From Candidatus Hydrogenedentota bacterium (lineage in GTDB: Bacteria > Hydrogenedentota > Hydrogenedentia > Hydrogenedentales > SLHB01), in contig JARKSN010000175.1 of the NCBI GenBank assembly GCA_029974275.1, forward strand, positions 1-64,000: a stretch of 64,000 bases of DNA, read 5' to 3'. The notes below the pieces were generated by a model. That model was not told where the DNA came from. It did no database searches and saw nothing but the letters and a program-made list of their open reading frames with translations. This document shows, in pieces, positions 56,509 through 64,000 of the stretch; the first letter of the stretch is position 1, and every line of letters starts with the position of its first letter. Made by a program: the position numbers and the translations under genes.

Positions 56509-56685
56509 ATGTGTGAACCTGACATCGTCTCAAAATGCATCGTTATCGATGTGGAGGTCGGACGTGAGACCGGCCGCATTCATCATTTGGCGGCCATACG
56601 GGGCGACAAGTCCGACAAACCGTTTTTGTGTTCGTGTGGCAATCTCGATGCAGCCTTGCGACAACTTGACGCTTTTGCCGAAGGT
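56509..56685 (+). pseudogene. 5' stub of a large RecQ-family helicase (exonuclease-like N-terminus)
   Basis: CIVIDVEVGRETGRIHHLAAIRGD...NLDAALRQLDAFAEG, then the sequence switches to integrase DNA. Confidence 0.6.
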
Positions 56686-56948
56686 TTCCGGAGATACCAG
56701 AGGTCGACCTTGTAGCCGTTGCGCGTCTTGGTCTGGTGAATGTGCGCGACGTAGGCCGTGACGACCGGGGCGATGGGCGTCCGGGTGGGCAGCGGGTCGT
56801 CGTTGCCGCGCGCGCGAGCGGACTCGAACTGCCGAAGTTTTTCTCTGGCGACCTGATGGGACGCCGTGTCGAGCGACTTCCGGACCTCCTTGCCGTTTCG
56901 GTAGAACTGGATGTAGTAGGTTGTGCCGCGTTTCTTGAGACTTGCCAT
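56677..56948 (-). pseudogene. 5' stub of a tyrosine integrase (arm-binding and start of core-binding region)
   Basis: MASLKKRGTTYYIQFYRNGKEVRKSLDTASHQVAREKLRQFE...DPLPTRTPI; no catalytic domain follows; lies just downstream of the tRNA 3' end. Confidence 0.75.
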
Positions 56949-57013
56949 GGTTGTTTGCTCCTCGACCTTTGGGGGCATTGTGAAGCTGGCGCAAGTCCCA
57001 TGTTTCCCCGCCG

Positions 57014-57037
57014 ACCGGGTGCAAAACCGGGTACAAG
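57014..57037. repeat. 12-bp-period direct repeat; putative integrase arm site of the left island
   Basis: ACCGGGTGCAAA ACCGGGTACAAG. Confidence 0.55.
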
Positions 57038-57041
57038 GGGC

Positions 57042-57075
57042 AAAAAAAAAGACCTGCAACTAGTGCAAGTCCTTT
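57042..57075 (-). terminator. Terminator hairpin following the tRNA 3' end
   Basis: Minus strand AAAGGACTTGCA-CTAGT-TGCAGGTCTTTTTTTTT. Confidence 0.75.
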
Positions 57076-57084
57076 ACCAACAAA

Positions 57085-57130
57085 TGGTAGCGGGGGTAGG
57101 ATTCGAACCTACGACCTTTGGGTTATGAGC
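57085..57130 (-). tRNA. 3' half of tRNA-fMet(CAT): displaced att-site fragment, not a full tRNA
   Basis: Minus strand GCTCATAACCCAAAGGTCGTAGGTTCGAATCCTACCCCCGCTACCA has the anticodon loop, CCC stem strand, T-arm and CCA; the upstream sequence has no D-arm or 5' acceptor strand. Confidence 0.9.
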
Positions 57131-57247
57131 GCTGGAAGGTCGTTCCTCTTAAGCTCTTTGATAGCAAGTAATTAGCGCAGAGCCAACCACTTGGCTTCAT
57201 TCAACTCTGATCCACATGCTACCCCATGTACTACATGTTTTTCAAAA

Positions 57248-57271
57248 AAAGTGGCACACAAAGTGGCACAT
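57248..57271. repeat. 12-bp-period direct repeat; putative integrase arm site of the right island
   Basis: AAAGTGGCACAC AAAGTGGCACAT. Confidence 0.65.
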
Positions 57272-57272
57272 C

Positions 57273-58496
57273 TCAAATCAAACCAATCGGGATTGCGGTT
57301 GCTTCACGGGTCAACGGGACGGGCTCTTTGCACAAGCAGATGACTCCGCCTTCGCCAAGAGGTTTCCCAAGCCTCTCCAACGTGGAAAATGCCCGAACCC
57401 ACTCGCGTTTTGGGGTGGCACCGCGCTTAACTTCGACCGGAAACAGCGTTTGGTCCTGGTCGAATGCGAAGTCGATTTCCTTGCCGTCCTTGTCGCGATA
57501 GTAGTAAAGGTTTGGCGTGCGCATGCGGTGCCACCAGCTCTTCAGCACCTCCGTGAATGCATAGGTCTCAAACATGGCGCCACTCATGGCGCCCGACGCT
57601 AGGGTTTCAGGAGACGACCATTCCGTGAGATAAGCGCAAAGACCGGTGTCGAGGAAGTAGAGTTTGGGCGTCTTGACGAGCCGCTTGGTCACGTTTGTAT
57701 GATAGGGTTGAAGCAAGGCCACCTGAAAACTGGCAACAAGAATCGACAGCCACGCCTTGGCGGTCTTTACGCTGATGTCTACGTCGCGTGCAAGTTCCGA
57801 AAGGCTCAACATCTGTCCTGTGCGGGCGGCGCAGGCGCGCACAAACCGAAGAAAGACTTGTTCGTCGCCAACCTGGGTTAGGTCCCGCACGTCCCGCTGA
57901 AGGTAGGTCTGAAGATACGAACTGTAGAAGAGGTTACGATCCCGTACGGGGCCGGCGTGTAGTGCGGGAAAGGATCCCGTCCAGATTATTTTGAAGACAC
58001 TTTTCAAGCTGGAGGACGCCCCCGAGACCGCACGCACGTCCAGCGACGCCGCGGTTGGAAGAAAGGGCTTGGGGAAAGGCTCATGCCGTTCGAGTTCCCG
58101 ACGCGAGAATCCAAGTAGATTGATCGCGGCCACCCGTCCGGCAAGGCTCTCTGTGATGTTCTTCATCATATGAAACTGCTGCGAACCGGTGATCCAGAAT
58201 TGGCCGCACGTGCATGAAGCGTCGACTTCCATTTTGATATAGGGTAGCAGGTTCGGTGCATACTGCACCTCATCGATCAATAGCGGGGGGCGGTATCGTT
58301 GCAGGAACAGGGCTGGGTCCTCGTTCGCCAAAGCGCGCACGGTCAAGTCGTCCAACGTGACGTAACGCCTATCCTCGCCACACAGATGCCGCAGCAGAGT
58401 TGTCTTGCCGACTTGACGCGGACCTGTGAGCAAAAGAACCGGAAACTGCTCCGAAGCGTCCAAGACCGAACTCTCGAGCGTACGCAAGAAATACAT
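57273..58496 (-). CDS. AAA_14 ATPase with DUF4143 (wHTH plus PD-(D/E)XK-like C-terminus)
   Basis: GPRQVGKTT, LIDEVQY, TGSQ, SLAGR, KTPKLYFLDTG, YYRDKDGKEIDF...PVEVK. Confidence 0.93.
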   Translation of the reverse strand: MYFLRTLESSVLDASEQFPVLLLTGPRQVGKTTLLRHLCGEDRRYVTLDDLTVRALANEDPALFLQRYRPPLLIDEVQYAPNLLPYIKMEVDASCTCGQFWITGSQQFHMMKNITESLAGRVAAINLLGFSRRELERHEPFPKPFLPTAASLDVRAVSGASSSLKSVFKIIWTGSFPALHAGPVRDRNLFYSSYLQTYLQRDVRDLTQVGDEQVFLRFVRACAARTGQMLSLSELARDVDISVKTAKAWLSILVASFQVALLQPYHTNVTKRLVKTPKLYFLDTGLCAYLTEWSSPETLASGAMSGAMFETYAFTEVLKSWWHRMRTPNLYYYRDKDGKEIDFAFDQDQTLFPVEVKRGATPKREWVRAFSTLERLGKPLGEGGVICLCKEPVPLTREATAIPIGLI

Positions 58497-58514
58497 GGCA
58501 AAATCCGTCCAATT

Positions 58515-58557
58515 TATATTGAAATTCCAATATAGCCGAACAATTCGTCATTGTCAA
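58515..58557 (-). promoter_or_regulatory. Sigma70 promoter with an overlapping 20-bp palindrome
   Basis: TTGACA-17 nt-TATATT; palindrome TATATTGAAATTCCAATATA at 58515-58534. Confidence 0.7.
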
Positions 58558-58612
58558 GTGACGGATCCCCGGAAACTGAGCCACTAGCCGTTAGAGGATT
58601 CCGTGTAGGCTG

Positions 58613-59332
58613 CTTGTGGTTGCGGGAAACTCGTTCTTACTGCTGGACAAGAACTTACAGCGTTTGCCTCGCCTGCTGGGTTCGCCAATTCCCGACGCCA
58701 TTTGTTACTCTTTCCCCACATGAAATCTCTTCGTTGGTTGCGTGATCGGCGTGGCAATGACTGAATTGATTAGGCTATGTATGGGCTTCTTGGCAACGGT
58801 GCTGAAGTCTCGCGCTGAGCTTCAAGCCGAGAACCTGGTATCGCAGCATCAACTGTTTGTCTACCAGCGAAGCGTGAAGAGGCCGAAGGTGCGGCCAGCA
58901 GACCGTATCCTCCGGACCATGTCCTCGATGAACCCAAAGTGGGGAAGGTCATCTGAGGCGGATTATCGGTGAGCATGTCGCTCATTACAACAGGAGCCGA
59001 ACACATTTGTCTCTCGATCTGGACAGCCCGGTGACACGACCGGTTCAGGCGCCTGATCAGGGCAAAGTTGTTTCGCTTCCCCAAGTCGGCAGGCTTCACC
59101 ACCGATACAAACGTCAAGCCGCGTAGACCATGTCCTGGATAACTCCTATCCGTTTCAGACCGCCCTCAATCGGGAACAGGACAGGTGTATCGATGCTGGC
59201 AGTTGGGCCCTTGCGCACGGAAGCGTTCGGCGGCTTCCGCTCCCCAAGCCCCAGAAGCGGGTCTTTCATTACGGGAGATGGCACTCAATGGATGAGAGAA
59301 TCGGGACGGATGGATTTTCCGCAAGGAAAAGG
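58613..59332 (+). mobile_element. Internally deleted IS carrying an rve/integrase-core transposase pseudogene (~58757-59126)
   Basis: KSRAELQAENL..HQL..YQRSVKRPKVRPADRIL / RTMSSMNPKWG / EGHLRRII..YNRSRTHLSL...VGRLHHRYKRQAA*; imperfect end repeats TTGCGGGAAACTC and GGATTTTCCGCAA. Confidence 0.7.
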
Positions 59333-59462
59333 CGCTATCGCGAAGCAGCATGATTTTGTGTCTGATTGGCCTTCAATTTGACGACGAGTTTTCGTGTATA
59401 ATGGCGACAGCAAAGGCAAGCCGCAATCCTGCGGCTGCACGGAGCAAGAGTGGAGATGCATC

Positions 59463-59783
59463 ATGATCTTCGAAAAACTTGGGGTTTCTGAAGACGCCGT
59501 TAGGGTCTTTTGTCAGAAGTGGGGGGTGGTGGAGTTCGACCTGTTCGGCTCAGCGCTCGGGCCGAGTTTTGGCCCCAATAGCGATGTAGACATCCTCCTT
59601 GTGTATGCGGAAGGCGCCCATCCCACGTTGTTTGACGAAGGGCAGATGCAAGAGGAGTTAGAATCGCTGTTCAGACGGAAGGTCCATTTTATGACAAAAC
59701 GTGCCGTAGAGAGGTCGACCAATCCGATCCGCCGCAGAGCCATTCTTGAAAGCGCCACACCCGTCTATGTCGAATCCACGTGA
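59463..59783 (+). CDS. Minimal nucleotidyltransferase antitoxin (MntA-like)
   Basis: LFGSALGPSFGPNSDVDILL (GSx10DxD). Confidence 0.9.
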   Translation: MIFEKLGVSEDAVRVFCQKWGVVEFDLFGSALGPSFGPNSDVDILLVYAEGAHPTLFDEGQMQEELESLFRRKVHFMTKRAVERSTNPIRRRAILESATPVYVEST

Positions 59784-60117
59784 TATTGCTCTGCTCATGG
59801 ACATCGCCGCTGCCGCTGAGCGCATTATGGCGTTTACTCAGGGAATGGATGAGGCGTGTTTCGAGGGGGATTTGCGAACACACTTCGCTGTTCAGCACCA
59901 GATTATGGTTATCGGCGAAGCCGCAAAACGTCTTTCGCCGGAGTTACAGAACGGGATTCCTGAAATCCCTTGGTCGGCCATCGCGCGCATGCGGGATCGG
60001 CTGATCCACGGGTACGATACCGTTGACCTTGAAGTCGTCTGGGACACGGTGGAGCAAAGTATCCCGAGTTTACTCAAAGTAGTTCGCAAGCGTCTAGAGA
60101 ACTTCAAGACCAAGTAG
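59767..60117 (+). CDS. HEPN (DUF86/HepT-like) RNase toxin
   Basis: IGEAAKRLS, IPWSAIARMRDRLIHGYD (Rx4HxY); overlaps the MNT gene. Confidence 0.92.
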   Translation: MSNPRDIALLMDIAAAAERIMAFTQGMDEACFEGDLRTHFAVQHQIMVIGEAAKRLSPELQNGIPEIPWSAIARMRDRLIHGYDTVDLEVVWDTVEQSIPSLLKVVRKRLENFKTK

Positions 60118-60344
60118 GTCGTGCATAAGCCTTTTGCTCGTGGCGAACGACCATCAGTTGAAGCTGTGTTATAGATAGAGGGCCTGCCGAAAATAGCGCG
60201 GCTACATTTTTGCACCCCTAATCATGACTCTATTCCTTCAGGCGGACGAAAAGCACCCGTCAACGATAGCTGTCAGTTTTAGAAGACATGGACTCGCGCG
60301 CTGTCCTATCCGGACTCCTCCGCGTGGAACACAGTCGTTGACGG

Positions 60345-61345
60345 TCACCCACGGTCATCTGGAGGATCCTCGCTTGCACTTGGCTCCACTTCGTCGTCCT
60401 CCGCGATGTAGCCCATCGCGCGATACCCCTTTGCCCTCTTCGCAAACATGCGAGCCAACACGGGAATGTTGGTATCCACGTAGTCGTACACGCGGACCTC
60501 GCACTTGCCATCATGCGTCCGGTGAAGCCGCCCGACGTACTGCTGGAGCGTACCGCGCCAGGATATGGGAAGGGCGAGAAACAGTGTGTCCAACCGCGCG
60601 TCGTCGAACCCCTCGCCCGCGTACCGCCCTGTGGCGACAATCGTCCTTCGCTCCGTTTGCGGGACGGACTTCATCTGTTCATCGACGGCGGCGCGCTGCT
60701 TCTTGCCCATGCCGCCGTGCATCACGATGACGTTTGAGGTATCCTTGCGAAGGCGCGCGCGTCCTCCTGCCAGCCGTCCTTGTCAAAATCTGCTGCCAGG
60801 AACCAGCACGTTTCGTCCTGCAGGAGCGGGTACACGCCAATCGTATGCTTGCCGAGGACATGGTCCTGGATCGTCTCGTCGGACACAGGGATGTACTTGG
60901 AGTTTTGACACCGTGAGCACGGCTTCTGGCAAATTGGGCGATTCCATTCATTGGCACAAGCGGGAGAATAGCCGGACCTGCCTTTCCTGTTTTCCCATCG
61001 GACCGCATACACGTCTTCGCGGCCACGGAAAAGCGAGCGAAACAGATCTATCTTCTCTTTCCGAGTGGACAATCTGTCTGGAGTCTCGACTGGAGGGGCC
61101 GTTCCCTCCGCCACTCGGGCGATGGATCGAGTGGGGGCAAGGGGCTGCGTCGGTTGGCTTTGTGGTCGAGGCGTTTCCTTGTCCCTGCGTTCTGACAATG
61201 GAGTCGGTAGCGAAGAGGCCGGCCTGATGGCAAACGATTCGAGAAGGACCTTCAGGCGGCGGTTCTCCGCCCTCAGACGCTCGTTTTCCTCGAGAACCTC
61301 GCGGAGTTCATCCCCACCGGCCTGTGTTTGCTCTGTCTTCTTCAT
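60345..61345 (-). pseudogene. TOTE-type AEP primase / SF2 helicase fusion with a large internal deletion
   Basis: 5' part LFRSLFRGREDVYAVRWE..SGYSPACANEW..C..C..C..IGVYPLL..CWFLAADFD; 3' part, in another frame, VIVMHGGMG..VATGRYAGEGFDD.RLDTLFLALPISWRGTLQQYVGRLHR..VYDYVD; no Walker A or DEXH. Confidence 0.85.
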
Positions 61346-61430
61346 TCCCATCCTCTGACTGTGGCAAGCGTCCACATTTTAGCAGAGACCGTTGGGGTGG
61401 CGAAGAAAGTCGAGTGGTCCCGATCCCGAT

Positions 61431-61459
61431 TGGCAAGAATCGTCAAGCAGCAGTATAAT
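61431..61459 (+). promoter_or_regulatory. Sigma70-type promoter for the AlbA_2 gene
   Basis: TGGCAA-17 nt-TATAAT. Confidence 0.55.
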
Positions 61460-61516
61460 GAAGCAAGTCCACTGCATAGCCCACAGAAAGTCATGCTCGG
61501 GTGAAACGGGATTACC

Positions 61517-62986
61517 ATGAATAAGCGGGAATTGCGAGAAATGGTGGCGGAAGGCGAGTCCGACCACCTTGAATTCAAGAAGACGACCGGGCAACGTACC
61601 GAGGCCGCCAAGACTGTCTGCGCAATGCTGAATGGGCTTGGCGGGTTTGTTCTGTTCGGTGTGACGGACAAAGGCCAAGTTGTCGGCCAACTCGTGGCGG
61701 CAACCACGCTCGAAGACATTGCCGCAGAGCTTCGTAGAATTGAGCCACCAGCTTTTCCCGATATTGAGACAGTGAACGTTGGCAGAGGCGCCTCTGTAAT
61801 TGTGCTCAGCGTGCCCGGAAGCGGCGGACCCTACACGTACGACGGTCGCGCTTATCTGCGGCATGGGCCCACAACTATCGTTATGCCCCGCCATGAATAT
61901 GAGCGGCGCTTGGTGGAGCGTCTTCACGCGACACGGCGCTGGGAGAACGAACCCGTTCCGAACGGAGTTTCGGTCAAGGATCTCGATAAGCAAGAGATTC
62001 TCCTGACTCTGGACAATGCCATCAGACTCGGCCGTTTGGAGCAGACTGACCGTCGCGATCTCCGAAGCGTATTACGCGGGTTGGAATTGATCCACGACGA
62101 CAAACTTCTTAATGCGGCCGTAGTCCTTTATGGAAAATCCGACCAAATCAAACCCCTCTATCCCCAACTGGGCATCCGCTTGGGACGTTTCCGGGGCATC
62201 AACCGGTTGGCTGATTTCTCCGATAACCGCCAATACTGGGGAAATGCCTTCTCGCTCCTGCGCCGCGCCGAATCCTTTCTAATGGACCATGTGCCGATCG
62301 CCGGCCAAGTTGTCCCAGGCAAGATGGTCCGAGAAGATCAGCCGCTGTATCCGCCGCGTGCCACGCGGGAGGCCTTGGCAAACGCCCTCTGCCACCGCGA
62401 CTACACTGTACCGGGTGGCGCCGTGGCTGTCGCCATGTACGACGATCACCTTGAAATCACGAATCCTGGCGCGCTGCACTTCGGCATCACGCCCAAGAAG
62501 CTCACAAGGCCTCACGAATCCAGGCCGTGGAACCCAATCATCGCCAATGTTTTCTACCGGGCGGGTATCATCGAGCGTTGGGGCAGCGGCACGCTCAATA
62601 TCATCGATTGGTGTACAGAAAATGCCAATCCAAGGCCTGCTTGGCATGAACAAGCCGGATCGGTGTACATAACATTCCTGCCAGCCGCTTTGCCCGCTAC
62701 CCAGCGAGCGACACAAAAAGATGGCCCCAAGGCAGGACCGAGACGGCGTGAAGTCGCAGGTGAAGTCGCAGGTGAAGTGGAGCAACTACTGCGCGTTATG
62801 GAGACTGCAATGAGTCGGAGCGCGATCCAGCAGGCCTTGGGCCTTAAGTCGCAATCCAATTTCAGAGACCGTTACCTGCTACCAGCCATCAGAGGTGGCT
62901 TGATCGAGATGACTATCCCTGACAGACCCAACAGCCGCATGCAGAAATACAAGATCACAGCCAAGGCCAGGAAATTACTCGGGTAG
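61517..62986 (+). CDS. Schlafen/AlbA_2 domain plus HATPase_c_4 (RecG-C-like) plus C-terminal HTH protein
   Basis: GESDHLEFK, CAMLNG.GG...GVTD, REALANALCHRDY, ITNPG, SRPWNP.IA, IERWGSG, TIPDRPNSRMQKY. Confidence 0.92.
   Translation: MNKRELREMVAEGESDHLEFKKTTGQRTEAAKTVCAMLNGLGGFVLFGVTDKGQVVGQLVAATTLEDIAAELRRIEPPAFPDIETVNVGRGASVIVLSVPGSGGPYTYDGRAYLRHGPTTIVMPRHEYERRLVERLHATRRWENEPVPNGVSVKDLDKQEILLTLDNAIRLGRLEQTDRRDLRSVLRGLELIHDDKLLNAAVVLYGKSDQIKPLYPQLGIRLGRFRGINRLADFSDNRQYWGNAFSLLRRAESFLMDHVPIAGQVVPGKMVREDQPLYPPRATREALANALCHRDYTVPGGAVAVAMYDDHLEITNPGALHFGITPKKLTRPHESRPWNPIIANVFYRAGIIERWGSGTLNIIDWCTENANPRPAWHEQAGSVYITFLPAALPATQRATQKDGPKAGPRRREVAGEVAGEVEQLLRVMETAMSRSAIQQALGLKSQSNFRDRYLLPAIRGGLIEMTIPDRPNSRMQKYKITAKARKLLG
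62748..62778 (+). repeat. In-frame 12-bp tandem repeat (EVAG) x2.6
   Basis: GTGAAGTCGCAG GTGAAGTCGCAG GTGAAGT. Confidence 0.85.
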
Positions 62987-63203
62987 CCTGCAACACGGAG
63001 ATGCACTGCGACCTTTGTGTTCCCGCAGCCTCGGAGTCCAGACCCGGTAGCGAGAGGTTCAACGTATGTGGCAGCGTGCGTGCTTGGTCCCCATTAAACA
63101 AAGCACCCAGCGGTGTCAGCCCAGTCACCAAGTGTTGGTGAGCAGTCGCAGCGGGTCTTCGGGTACCTCATGCATTTCGCAATCGTCGGCATATGCTGCG
63201 AGG

Positions 63204-63335
63204 CAGGATGTCGTCAAGAAGGCGCTTCTTAGGCAGATTGAAGCAGTCCCAGACGCAGCAACGCGGGACCGCCTAGGTTATCTGGCATGGCTCATCGCAG
63301 ACGAACGCCTAGAGATCAAAATCGCTGTCCCGTTA
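63204..63335 (+). pseudogene. Fragment of the PLD-like N-terminal domain of an SF2/SNF2 defence helicase
   Basis: RDRLGYLAWLIADERLEIKIAVP; no start codon and no HKD motif present. Confidence 0.55.
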
Positions 63336-63367
63336 CCAGAGCCTTCCCAAGAAGCCGGGGCCGTGTC

Positions 63368-64000
63368 ATGAAGATAGTGGCAATCCAGAGAACGTCCTTC
63401 GTGGACTACCCCGGCAAGATCGCGGCCGTGATCTTCATCCAAGGGTGCAATCTGAATTGCTTCTACTGCCAAAACCGGGCACTCATTGACGGCGACAGCG
63501 TCACATGCGGCATGACACAAGAGGAAGCCCTCGCCTGGCTCGATACACGGCACGGGCTGCTTGATGCGGTTGTCTTCAGTGGCGGGGAGCCCACGCTTCA
63601 ACTTGACCTCGCCGGATTCATGGCGGAGGTGCATGCGCTCGGATATCTCGTTAAGTTGGATACCAACGGAACCCAGCCCGATGTCTTGGCGTCGCTCATT
63701 GGGAAAGGCGTCCTTGATTACGTGGCCATGGATATCAAGGGGTCGCCTGAAAAGTACGACTCGATCTGTTGTACTCGCGTTGACAGGGACCGCATTGACG
63801 CGAGTATCGGTATCCTGCTATCCAGTCGAGTCGACTATGAATTCCGCACGACTGTCGTTCCCCAGCTGACGCATTCCGACTTCCATGCCATTGCCCATCG
63901 CATCCGGGGGGCCCGCCTGTATGTCCTGCAGCGGTATCGCCCTGTGGTGACGGTGAGGACGACTGCTGAAGCACATTACGAAGCGCTTCTGCATTCGCCC
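63368..64000 (+). CDS. nrdG: Anaerobic ribonucleotide reductase activating radical-SAM protein; runs off the right edge
   Basis: Hand translation: MKIVAIQRTSFVDYPGKIAAVIFIQGCNLNCFYCQN...LDAVVFSGGEPTLQ...VKLDTNG...DYVAMDIK...YEFRTTVVP; open to 64000. Confidence 0.88.
   Translation, partial: MKIVAIQRTSFVDYPGKIAAVIFIQGCNLNCFYCQNRALIDGDSVTCGMTQEEALAWLDTRHGLLDAVVFSGGEPTLQLDLAGFMAEVHALGYLVKLDTNGTQPDVLASLIGKGVLDYVAMDIKGSPEKYDSICCTRVDRDRIDASIGILLSSRVDYEFRTTVVPQLTHSDFHAIAHRIRGARLYVLQRYRPVVTVRTTAEAHYEALLHSP

Larger units (their letters stand above)
57131..64000. mobile_element. End of a genomic island integrated at tRNA-fMet; continues beyond the window
   Basis: att fragment, arm-type repeats, visibly lower GC, defence/TA cargo and gene remnants. 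Confidence 0.75.

Noticed and set aside
57085..57160. Complete tRNA-Met gene
   Set aside because: Only the anticodon loop to CCA is present; the upstream bases cannot form the D-arm or pair with the acceptor strand
60722..60760. Programmed frameshift joining the primase and helicase ORFs
   Set aside because: No slippery sequence, and the joined product would still lack Walker A/DEXH; deletion explains it better
63126..63200. Minus-strand fragment AAYADDCEMHEVPEDPLRLLTNTW*, possibly another gene 3' end
   Set aside because: Too short to assign to a family without a search
1..64000. CRISPR array or cas genes
   Set aside because: No regularly spaced 25-45-bp repeats were seen in the intergenic regions, and no Cas motifs were recognised

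Overview
High-GC bacterial chromosome segment. The host is probably Candidatus Hydrogenedentota, inferred from the DUF1559 prepilin-type protein ending in '[21 protein letters not shown]' and the GH116/DUF6259/GH38 content. Positions 1-56,100 hold mostly housekeeping, envelope and carbohydrate genes: an Rrf2 regulator, a NeuB-KdsC-ThDP-2xFkbM-GtrB sugar-modification operon, two GH116 hydrolases, an amidase, manC, a CoA-persulfide reductase fusion, mscL, a GH38, an HD-GYP protein, larB, miaB, a two-component pair and a PPIase. A lower-GC-looking DUF2089 plus membrane peptidase-like gene pair sits at 41.6-43.6 kb. A ~105-bp MITE-like element (26,341-26,445) supplies the stop codon of one GH116. 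From ~56,200 to the right edge is accessory DNA organised around a displaced 3' half of tRNA-fMet (att site, 57,085-57,130). Left of it is a collapsed older island (IS66 end, RecQ-like and integrase stubs). Right of it is a defence-type island with an AAA+DUF4143 gene, a MntA-HepT toxin-antitoxin pair, an AlbA_2 ATPase, internally deleted transposase and primase-helicase genes, a PLD-helicase stub and an orphan nrdG. All family calls come from motif recognition by eye; no database searches were run.
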